From contig NC_043008.1 in NCBI RefSeq assembly GCF_006345805.1, positions 9,176,001 to 9,240,000 on the forward strand: a DNA stretch of 64,000 nucleotides, given 5' to 3'. Positions 41,194 through 52,319 of this stretch are shown one piece after another. The stretch's first letter is position 1. Each line of letters starts with the position of its first letter. Both the position numbers and the translations under genes were made by a program. The stretch comes from Octopus sinensis. Taxonomy: Eukaryota. Below the pieces are notes generated by a model. It saw nothing but the letters and a program-made list of their open reading frames with translations. It was not told the origin of the DNA and ran no database searches.

Positions 41194-41663
41194 AAGTATA
41201 TCTTTACACGCTGAAAGAGAAGGCATATGTGTGGTGGCTGGAGGTGCTGGAAATAGCTCCCATATACCCATATGTTCACACCCTGCTTTCTACAAAAAGG
41301 AAGGATACATATGTATTCAGAATTATGCAGTACTGAATAATTTAATCAAAGATTAAAATGATAAAGACTTGAACAACTTTTGATCTGTCCAATCAGATAT
41401 ATCTAGGACTAGAATAACAACCATCACCTGACCATCCAAACATGTTGTTCCCTCTCCGACTCTTTTGCAGCTACTCCAATTATATTTATGTGAGAGCTCT
41501 TTAATCTTTGATTAAATTATTCAGTTCTACATAATTCTGAATACATATGTATCCTTCCTGTTTGTAGATAGCAGGTTGTGAGCAGATGGGTATATGGCAG
41601 CTATTTCTAGCACCTCTAGCCACCACATATATGCCTTCTCTTTCAGTGTATAAAGGTAAACTT
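41194..41663. repeat. Long inverted repeat (164-bp arms, ~142-bp spacer), MITE/foldback-like
   Basis: Manual ungapped alignment of 41194-41357 with the reverse complement of 41500-41663 gives 15 mismatches (~91% identity). Confidence 0.92.
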
Positions 41664-43213
41664 TTAGTTTTTCTCTCTTCTTTTCTTTCTTGCAAGTTAC
41701 ATGCTGTCTTCCCTAGTGCTGGTGGCATGGAAAAAGCTCCCAGTACATTCTGTAAAATGGTTGGCACATGGAAGGATATCAAGCAAAAGAAACCATTCCA
41801 AAGATGACACTGGAGCTCAATGCAGCCCTGCAGCCTGCTTGTTCCTTCTCAAACTATCCAGCTTGGGAAGCAGACATCAGAAGAGGATGATGATGTTTTT
41901 CATCTTCCAAATTATTCCAAGTTTGTTCCTCACACTCCCCAAAAAATACTAGACAGAACATTTTTTTTTTAAGTCTTTCTCCTTAACCAAAATCATAAGG
42001 GACTCTCTTCCCACACCTGATGCTCAGGTTTTCCTTTCCAACTGACTACCAACACTTTATATGAAGATTATTCACATCAGCATATCATGTTAACAATATG
42101 TCACATTACAGCACACAGCAGATGTTCATCCGTTCTATCCATGGATTAATATTGCTGTAAGATTTATATTGAGTTAAAACCCAAGTTAAAGTATCCGATC
42201 AACAACTTGAATAACCAAGATTTTGAATCTCCTTAGAATATCTCCAAGCTGTTAAAATTGTGTTCTCTTGGTCAAAGTGTATACAGGTAATGACATTAGT
42301 CACTCTGCCTGCTGAAAATAGCAGTCAAATTTTCCTGAAATAACACCAACTGAATACTATCTGAGATATATGATGCAGGAGAGAAAAAAAAAAGGTGGGA
42401 TGGTCATGATGGAACGATTTTGATCACATCTGCTCAGCAGTGGTCAACCTAGAGCTATAACTTTAGCTTGTCGTCTACAACATCTATTTAAATTAGACCT
42501 GAAGTTAATTATGAATGCAGAAACGAAGTGATTTAAGTGGCTTCTATTTTCTTTTTGAATTTTAGAGTAAAAAAATTGAATATTTTCACTTAAATCATTG
42601 GAAGAATTCACAGGAAGATAGTGATTAAGAAGTTCTCCTTCTTTGTCGTGTTAACCACTTAAGTGTGGATTTAGATTGGTATGTCTCATACACTGGTGAA
42701 ATCTGACAGAAGCAGAGTATTGATTTTTATAGACGTAGGAGTGTCTTTGTGGTAAGTAGCTTGCTTACCAACCACATGGTTCCGGGTTCAGTCCCACTGT
42801 GTGGCACCTTGGGCAAGTGTCTTCTACTATAGCCTCGGGCCGACCAAAGCCTTGTGAGTGGATTTGGTAGACAGAAACTGAAAGAAGCCCGTCGTATATA
42901 TGTGTATATATTTAATTTTCATCTGTCTTGCCCGCATTTTCGTTCTGGTGTCCGCTGAATTTTCCTCTAGAGAACATTCTTTTCTTTGTAGTTTGATCAT
43001 AGGTGATCTACTTCTAGCATATGGCCGACCACATAGTGGCTTGCCCTCTAAATATACATATATATACAAAGAGCAATAAAGATTCAAGTTAATTTTAAAA
43101 AATTTACTTGAATATGGTACCTAACTTAGATGCACCAAAAAAAACTATACTGATTTAACAATACAGTAATGTGGGGTGATTATAAGCGAGAAAGAAGCAA
43201 CAAGAATGGATAG

Positions 43214-43309
43214 GTATTTAGTACGATCGTTTCATACAAGGACAGGTTTTATTAAAAGTTGCAAAGATTACAGCATATAAACGAGTCCCGTACTCATCAG
43301 CTAAAATAC
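43214..43309 (-). ncRNA. Type I hammerhead ribozyme, sense orientation in an NPHP4 intron
   Basis: GUAUUUUAG-CUGAUGA-GUACGGGAC(41 nt)GUCCUUGUAU-GAAAC-GAUC-GUA^CUAAAUAC: full conserved core, 8-bp stem I with one bulge, ~9-bp stem II, palindromic stem III ACGAUCGU. Confidence 0.8.
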
Positions 43310-43953
43310 ATGTAAGTTCTCTAGACATCCTAGTGTTTGAGGCTATACTCACGAAGTAATGTAGATAATTAAACAGATTTCTAAAGTTCATTAAAGTTCT
43401 TTAAAGATGATGTACAGTCTTATCACAGAATTTTAAAAAAGTTTTGATAGCATCACAGAGAAGGTGACCTAATCCATATGAATTTCCATAGAATGATGAG
43501 GGATTATATACTCACAGAAGACAAATTTATCCATTGTTAATTACAACGAGGTGGGTCTCAATTCTGCTATTAGCATTACAGAGAGGGTGAATTAATCCTT
43601 GTATATATGCACAGATTCCAATGGTGTAGATGTAATTTCCAGAGAAATGGAGATGAATTTCATATTCACAGGCGATAAATTTACAATGGTTGAACACAAT
43701 GAGGTAGGTATCAATCCTTGTTATATGATTAGGTGTTTGCCACATTAATCACATTACTGCTATCACAAGAGGCTGTAGCTATTTAACTCTTAAAGGCTGA
43801 AGGGCTTACATATATATATATAAGTCAAAAATATCTCATACAGTTTTAAAACAACAACCTATGGACACTCACCATACATTACAATATATGAACCACAATG
43901 GACAAATAAACTTTATTTTAAGAAAAAATAGTTCTCTACTTCTACAAGACATA

Positions 43954-44472
43954 CTGTAAATCCTCAAGTATAATCCACATTTTCCCCCAAAAATTTAAAG
44001 GTCAAAATCCCTAGTGCGTACTATATACAACGTTAAACATGAAAAATATTTTCTAAGCAATGTCCGAGTCTCTATTTGCTGTCTGGCAATGTTTATTCAG
44101 ATGCATTTTGTGATGTCGAGCACGAAAATACCTTAAGCTAAGCCTGAAAGCAATGAAGTCATAAAAGATTCATCCATTACTTACAGTAAGCAACATTTAT
44201 TAAAATAAAAGTATTCAGAACACAGAATAACATGTAACAAAAACAATTTGCAAACATATTTACATTCCCATATAACAGTTAAGAACACCATTATTGTATT
44301 ACGCATGCGCAGAATTGTTTGTTTGACTAGGTGCTGCTGGCTTAATTACGCACGACTCAAGTTAGAGAAGGAATCCCAATTATACACAAGATTTAGGTCT
44401 TTCAGAAGTACAGCTGCCTAAAAATCCCATGTGTATTATACTCAAGGGCAGACTATACTCGAGGATTTACGG
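43954..44472. mobile_element. Tc1/mariner-pogo-type MITE, 519 bp
   Basis: ta|ctgtaaatcctcaagtata ... tatactcgaggatttacgg|ta: 19-bp TIR with 2 mismatches, TA TSD. Confidence 0.8.
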
Positions 44473-44599
44473 TACATAGATTAGACACATACTGTGGAAT
44501 AAGCCTAGTATACCAAACCATTTTCAAAGATACCATAGCATACCAAACCAAAGATAGCAAACCGAAGCAAAGATAAAACAGCATTAAATGTATGCTTAC

Positions 44600-44826
44600 C
44601 TTAGGTCAGAATCATCATATTCAATAGTGACCATTTCTTGTAAATCGCTTGGATTGAGGAGAACAAATTCAAAGAACTCTGCCACAGCAAAGCTAGGGAA
44701 GATTACATGTTCTTTGGTAATGCTGGAGTTTAACATGTTCATAATGCATTCCCGTTTGGTTTGCTGGCGGTAGAGCTCCAGCATTTTCAAATCCCGAACA
44801 CGTTGGTTCAAATCATCTTTGTGAGC
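44600..44826 (-). CDS. NPHP4: Nephrocystin-4 exon (AHKDDLNQRVRDLKMLELYRQQTKRECIMNML...AEFFEFVLLNP...DSDL)
   Basis: Acceptor ctctttcag, donor ag|gtaagc; 227 nt, phase 0-2. Resembles human LRDLQVIAAYRERTKAESI...VAEFFEFVLKNP. Confidence 0.93.
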
Positions 44827-44914
44827 CTGAAAGAGATCAACATTTTAAGGGATGTTTTTTTTTTGTTTGTTTTTGTTTTTGCTTTTTTACAATTGAATTT
44901 CTATATTTTTAAAC

Positions 44915-45323
44915 TCTTTACTCTTTCACTTGTTTCAGTCATTTGACTGCGGCCATGCTGGAGCACCGCCTTTAGTCGAGCAAATCGACCCCAGGACTTA
45001 TTCATCGTAAGCCTAGTACTTATTCTATCGGTCTCTTTTGCCAAACCACTAAGTTACGGGGACGTAAACACACCAGCATCGGTTGTCAAGCGATGTTGGG
45101 GCGACAAACACAGACACACAAACATATACACACATATACACATATATATACATATATACGACAGGCTTCTTTCTGTTTCCGTCTACCAAATCCACTCACA
45201 AGGCTTTGGTCAGCCCGAGGCTATAGTAGAAGACACTTGCCCAAGGTGCCATGCAGTGGGAACGAACCCGAAACTCTGTGGTTGTTAAGCAAGCTACTTA
45301 CCACACAGTCACTCCTGCACCTA
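44915..45323 (-). mobile_element. Composite tRNA-derived SINE (head gtggctgtgtggtaag..., body ...ccttgggcaagtgtcttctactatagcc..., tail ...gactgaaacaagtaaaagag). Many copies, e.g. ~14815, 16310, 18792, 27345, 36770, 42735, 49155, 49755, 52830, 60150.
   Basis: Recurrent near-identical blocks in both orientations. Confidence 0.85.
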
Positions 45324-45774
45324 TATATTTAATTTTTTCAAAATTCTTTTATTCTCTTTTGCTGTCTTTTGACTATTTACAATAATAACTTCATAAATCG
45401 ATGCAAAATGTCTTTAAGTGCATAACAATTGCTCCAATATAAAAATCACAATTTATGATCTGATGGTCAGTAGTCCAGCACCTTGATTGAATGGTCAGTG
45501 GGATTTTATATGCGAACAATTTCCAAAGAAAAATATTGATGAAAAGATTGAGATCAGAGAGGAAGACATTGTATTCAAAAGACAGGATGGATCTTGCAGA
45601 ATGCTCTGGTGATTTCTTTGAAAAGTCTTCGTAATAATATTGTTCAAGAACGTCTCTCTGACAGGCCTGGCATTAATGTGTTTGCTAAATAAATACGTAG
45701 GAATATCCAAAGAGGCAGTCTTTGTTCTCCCAACAGTACTAATAAGACAATGTAAACAGGTGCACACATGCACA

Positions 45775-45931
45775 CACATGTACACCTACACACACACACA
45801 CATACAAACACACACATACAAACACACACACAGACACACACACACACACGCACACACACACACATACACACATACGCATACACACACACATACACATACA
45901 CATACAAACACACACACACAAACACACACAC

Positions 45932-45963
<32 letters not shown>

Positions 45964-45973
45964 ACACACACAT

Positions 45974-46004
<31 letters not shown>

Positions 46005-46043
46005 TACAAACACACATACACACACACACACACACACGCACGC
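45775..46043. repeat. (CA)n microsatellite
   Basis: Direct inspection. Confidence 0.95.
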
Positions 46044-49029
46044 ATAATGGAGTTGTAGTTTAGTGTTTCCATGCACTTATTAATCACTGAACAGAATCTT
46101 CTATATTTTTCCAATAAAAAGATTATTTTTTTAACTCGAATAAAAAGATTGAAATATTAGAAGGACCCAGACATGGCAGAAACGGTAAAGAGTCAAGCTA
46201 AATGCCATACGGCATGTAATTCCTTTCTCTACAAACCGATTTCAAATCCCGCTAGGGTTGACTTTAAATTTCCGCAGTTAAAGATCAATGGTGTACTGGA
46301 AGGGCATCCAGCCGTAGAAACACTGCCAGATTTGACTGGGCCTGATGAAGCCTTCTGGCTTCACAGACCCCAGTAGAACCGTCCAACCCATGCTAGCATG
46401 GAAAACGGACGCTAAACGATGATGATGATGATGATGATGATGATATACTTTTAAAATTTTTGGACAAGAACCAACGTGAGAATTTATTTATAGACTTTAT
46501 GAGGGATAGAAAACACAGTTGGCTGAGCTGGTAACATTTCAGAAAACCAGCCAAGAGGTTAATGGTTCATATTCTCATAATCCCTTCTCACTCAGAGCTC
46601 GGTCTTTGAAAAAACTAAAAAATCTCAAGTTTTGTTTCCATAGTAACCGAACTCAGAAACCAAAGCAAATCTTTCTTTCAAATTCAGAAACCAAAGTGAG
46701 CCTTTCTTGCAATCTCAAGAAATTACAATAATAATTTGTTGTTTAAAAAAGTCAATGAAGACTTCATTTTTCTGTAGTGTAATTGGTGAATTCTGCCTGG
46801 TGATGCTTGAACCTCTCTAAGATAGAAGATGAACTCAGCCTTACAATTTAACAGTGATGTCTCTACCTACAACACCAAGTTGTTCCTCACTGCATTCATC
46901 ATCATCATCATCATCGTTTAACGTCCGCTTTCCATACTAGCATGGGTTGGACGATTTTGACTGAGTGCTGGCGAACCAAATGGCTGCACCAGGCTCCAAT
47001 CTTGATCTGGCAGAGTTTCTACGGCTGGATGCACTTCCTAACGCCAACCACTCTGAGAATGTAGTGGGTGCTCTTTATGTGCCACCGGCATGAGGGCCAG
47101 TCAGGCAGTACTGGCAATGACCTTGCTCGAATCTTTTTACACATGCCACCGGCACAGAGAGATATATATATATACTTTATTTAAAAAGCAGCGGAAAATA
47201 AATCATATTACTCTATCTCTGGTATTTTAGTACTATTTTATCCTCATCTGATTATTAAACAGTTTACAAGTATTAGATTTTGCACTGCTAGCAATGGCAA
47301 ATAAAATTTATTCTTTTTCACAAACTACATTGATTTATAGAGCCAATTCTAGAATCCATATTAAACAAATGAGAGACAAATAATTCCATGGCTAGAAAAT
47401 AGTCTATTGCAGAATTCTTTCCAAAAGAAATTTAAGACGTTTTCTCTACAGTTCCATGAAGTGAGGCAATGATAGTTATTCAAGTGTACTCTAATGTGAA
47501 TTAGAACTCACATTTTATATGTTATTCACCCAGCCATTAGTACATTAGAATTCATAAATGTGTGATGCTGACTTAAACACCCAACCAGCTGTTTACTGTC
47601 TGCCTGCCCCGCAAACAGAACCCAAATATAGATTATGAGCAACATTTTGGCATCAGTGAAAGAATCTTAAAAGATGAAGAAGAAATAAATAAGAAAATAA
47701 TAAAACCAGAAAGTGTATAGGTTACAGATGTTGTTTCTGAAATTAGCCGTGAGAAATTGATAAGAAACTTTGGCAGGTATAATATTTACTGTTTTGCTTT
47801 AAGGGAACTGAGAGAGGGAAGAAGAGAGAGAGTGAAATTGAGAGAGAGACAAGCAGACTGACAGACAGAGTAAAAGATAAAATTATAGAGAAAGAAACAG
47901 GAAGAAGTAGAGAAAAATAGATGGATGGATGTAGAGAGGCGAGAGAGTGAGTTACTGTGCTGAGAGATTTATGATATTTCACAAATATTGGTTTAAAAGT
48001 TTGGCACAAGGCCAGCAATTTCGGGGGAGGGGGTAAATCAATTACAACAACTTCAGTTTTCAACTGGTGATTATTTTATCAGCCCCAAAAGGATAAATGA
48101 CAAAGTCGACTTCAGTGGAATTTGAACTCAGAATGTAAAGATGAGCAAAATGCTGCTAAATATTTTGCCCAGCGTACTAATGATTGAGCCAAATCACCAT
48201 CTTGCATTTAAGAAATATTAGCTCAAAGGGTTTTTTTATCCGACTGGATGAGATGTTCATGTAATGTGAGATCTTGAAGAAGTTAGAATTATTAATGCAT
48301 ATATTTATTAATTTAACGACTGCATTTTTGTTTTGATTCTGTTGTTGGTATCATCATCATCATCATCATCATCATCATTTAACATCCACTTTCCATGTTA
48401 GCATGGGTTGGATGATTTGACTGAGGACTGGCAAACCAGATGGCTGCACCTGGCTCCGATCTGATCTGGCAGAGTTTCTACAGCTGGATGCCCTTCCTAA
48501 CGCCCTCCTAACTCAAGGAAGCCAGCCCCCAACCCTCACCAAGGAGATTAAAGGATACAAAGGTGTGGTAATCAGTTTCAATTCCTGACAGAGAACTGCT
48601 TTCACTTATATATTCAATGCTTGTGGGAAAGCCATGAAGAGTTCTTGTCTTAGAAACAACAGTAACATGGCCAAGATCATAAAGTATTGAAACATCTGCT
48701 CACAAAATATGAATTCACAAAGAAATTATTAAAAATCTAAGAGAGTGAGTGTACATCTAAATTTATGTCATTCCAACCATAATTGTGCTGACTTCTGCTT
48801 TTTGTATATCAAGAACAATACCATCCTCCTCTTCATCATCATCATCATCCATCATTTTGAATCCGGGTTTTGTCCCTGTTAATAGGGGTGGCTGGACCTA
48901 CATCAATGCCATAGCAACTGCCCTCACACCATTTCACCATCCCTTCCTTCTCTCCTTCCCCCTGCAACTACTCACGTGAAAGTGTTACGGATGGGCTAAG
49001 TAACGGAGGAACAGGCAGAATTACTATAA

Positions 49030-49720
49030 GATGACTTCATTGTACACAGTGCTCAGGTGCATTACAACTCGCAAGGAAAACTAATGAAAACTGCATGAAC
49101 AGTATATAGGATATGCACACGAAGTGAACAGGGAATGAGTCTTAAAATGAAACAGGCGTAGGAGTGGCTGTGTGGTAAGTAGCTTGCTTATGAACCACAT
49201 GGTTCTGGGTTTAGTCCCACTGTGTGGCACCTTGGGCAAGTGTCTTCTACTATAGCCTCAGGCCGACCAAAACCTTGTGAGTGGATTTGGTAGATGGAAA
49301 CTGAAAGAAGCCCGTCGTATATATATATATATGTGTATGTGTGTGTATATGTTTGTGTGTCTGTGTTTGTCCCCCCAACATCGCTTGACAACCGATGCTG
49401 GTGTGTTTATGTCCCCGTAACCTAGCGGTTTGGCAAAAAGACCGATAGAATAAGTACTAGGCTTACGAAGAATAAGTCCGAGGGTCGATTTGCTCGACTA
49501 AAGGTGGTGCTCCAGCATGGCCACAGTCAAATGACTGAAACAAGTAAAAGAGTAGAAGAAAAACAGTGGTGGGAACCATCAGGTGTGCTGTTGGTGAATT
49601 TCAGGAAGCATGGAAGTTTTGAAGGATGCGGTGTACTGACAGCAAGCAAGTGATGTGGGTCGTTTATTCCATGCTTCAGCGACTCTGAACATGAAAAAGT
49701 GTTTCTCAAAGTCATGGGTG
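49030..49720 (-). mobile_element. L2/CR1-type LINE 3' fragment interrupted by a SINE. Related 3' ends at 55157-55390 and 57376-57610 (+) with (ATT)n tails.
   Basis: KHFFMFRVAEAWNKRP...SFK resembles the terminal FF..RV...WN.LP motif; tgcacctgagcactgta(t/c)acaa is shared with the other two copies. Confidence 0.65.
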
Positions 49721-49963
49721 TTGTGTTGTTTTTTTGATCCTATTCTTTTAATTGTTTCAGTCATTTGACTGCAGCCATGCTGGAGCACCGCGTTTTAGTC
49801 GAGCAAATTAACCCCATGACTTGTTCTTTGTAAGAAGCCTAGTACTTATTGTATCAGTCTCTTTTACTGAACCACTAAGTTACAAGGATGTAAACACCCC
49901 AGCATTGGTTGTCAAGCGATGTTAGGGGGACAAGCAGACACACCAACATATAGACACACATAC

Positions 49964-50004
<41 letters not shown>

Positions 50005-50013
50005 TATATACAC

Positions 50014-50054
<41 letters not shown>

Positions 50055-51008
50055 CACATACACACACACACAACACACACACACACATATATATATATAT
50101 ATGTGATGGGCTTCTTTCAGTTTTCCATCTACCAAATCCATTTTGGTCGGCCCGAGGCTCTAGTAGAAGACACTTGCCCAAGGTGCCATGCAGTGGGACT
50201 GAACCAGGAACCATGTGATTGGTAAGCAAGCTACTTACCACACAGCCACTGCTGTACCTATTTTGTAAGCATGTGCACAAGTGTTGGCCATATGGAATTC
50301 AAAAAGGTGCCCAAGATTTTAGTTCAAACCAACCAGCTGCAGCCTCTTAGGCATGCATACCCTATATATGTGTCATTCTAAAAACGAACACACAAACACA
50401 GAGTCAGAATCTTGAAGTTATGCGATAAAGCCTGATTAATTCAAAACAATATGAATAAATAATCGTTACATTTGTCAGCGTAATCTGAATGCTAAGGGTC
50501 TGAGGTGAAACTGAGATGCATTTCAATGTTAATTTATCTTAAATGGGTAGAGTCAGTCATATAACACGTCTTCTTGCCTGGGCAGGTATAAGGTCAGAAA
50601 TATATAAAAGAAAGGTGAATAGTTGCTTGATCTGACTAGTAAAGAGTTGGCTAACCACAGCAAGGTACTTAACACTTAACGAGTGAGGCAACATATGTAC
50701 TTAGTGTCAATAGAATGGTTTGCGTAATCATTGTGTAGTAGAAGAAACTGACAGTAGTCATACGTTGAAATATACTTAGTCAACGACATAGTATATTTGT
50801 AGTAGCAGCAGTAGTACAAGCTGAACTGTGAGCAATATTTTCATCTCACACGATAACAGTTTGGACGGCAGGAATTCGTTATTTATTCTGTGCCAAAGTA
50901 TTCTGTTATCAAACAGGAGTCTATATTGCTGGCTGAATTTCATAATGAGACAATATGTTTATTATACATAGGAATATGTCAGGGCACACACACACACACA
51001 CACACGTG

Positions 51009-51098
51009 TACGGCGGAGGTAAAGAATACGCCCACCACCCGTTTTCAGCGCACTCCTAACCCTAAACACCGCGTGTGCGTATTCTTTACCTTCGCGTA
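51009..51098. repeat. Short hairpin element (19-bp arms) with a cctaaccctaa loop
   Basis: gcggaggtaaagaatacgc (51013-51031) versus gcgtattctttaccttcgc (51077-51095); 1 mismatch. Confidence 0.8.
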
Positions 51099-51166
51099 TA
51101 AGTATATATGTTAGCATGCACTCGACACACATACAGGCATTCTTTCGGTATGAGTCTCATTTACGT

Positions 51167-51319
51167 CACGTGTATTTGTTTACATTTGAAAAAGAAGATC
51201 GTCGCTTTCCGTAAAATTTTTATTTTTTTACATATGTGGGGTTGGGGGTTAGGGTTAGGATTAGGGGTGGGGGGAAGGGTATCTTTTTTTTTCTTCAGAA
51301 ATGTAAATAAACCCACGTG
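51167..51319. mobile_element. MITE-like element with imperfect ~21-bp TIRs and an internal telomere-like G-rich tract
   Basis: cacgtgtatttgtttacattt ... aaatgtaaataaacccacgtg; internal ggggttgggggttagggttaggattaggggtgggggg. Confidence 0.55.
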
Positions 51320-52286
51320 GGTTTATAAGTGACAGTTATGTTACTAGTAACGAATGATCGCCCACATACAAACAGACATACACGCACGTGTTGTGTGTGT
51401 GTATGAGGGGGGAGGCGTATCCAATCCCTGGAATCGTGGAGCATGGACGTTCAATGACTGACTGATCGATCGATTGATATGTGCGTGTGTTCACTTTTTA
51501 TGTCTGACTGAAGCCGTCCTCCTCATTATTTGATTAACATACTTTACAAAACGATAGTGTGTAGGTTCGATTTTCAGTAGGAACTGCTTCACTTCCTTTG
51601 TTACCAATACCCGGAGAGAAGTCCTTGACTTTGTACTCGACCCCTTCTCGAACGAAAAACGGGGTTTAGGTGCGAGAAAGAATATAGAGTTAAGTCCCTT
51701 GAACAAGGGAAATAACACGTTCCATAAGTTTTGCGCTTGTCAAAGGGAAAATAATCAATGAGACTTATTCTATTTTTTTTATATCTGCAACAACTGGAGT
51801 AAAAAGATCTTCAAGTTTAGCAACAGATGTCTTAATATAGAGTAAATTATTTATTATACAGTATTAAAGACAATAAAGATACAAAATAGTAATAGAAAAT
51901 CAGTCAGAGCTAAGAGAAGAATAAGATGGAATGAATTGAACTTGAAATATTGTATTTATAGTGCTTCTGGATCTGCTCAAGGAACCAAGGAATATAAAAC
52001 AAGACTGACACGATTCTTAGTCAATTCATTGCTTTTAGAAAGTAACCTGCTTTTCTTTGTTGCTGGCATGAACGTCCAAAACGTTGTGGGGTCAATAGGA
52101 TAAGATATAATACGATAGAGGTTTTGACTGAGAAATGAGAATGTTGTAACAACAGATAAAACTACAATGTTAAGAAGGAAAAGATCCTCAGTGACGGATG
52201 GGTGAATAAGAACCTTATAATACCAATAAATAAACCCAAGATTCCGAGTTCGATTCCAGGCAGTGACCTGAATAATAGTAATAATG

Positions 52287-52319
<33 letters not shown>

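Noticed and set aside
46335-46370. CUGAUGA-AGCC(UUCU)GGCU hairpin (also in reverse at ~53075-53095)
   Set aside because: No GAAA follows. It is a variant of the SINE segment cctggtgcagccttctggct.
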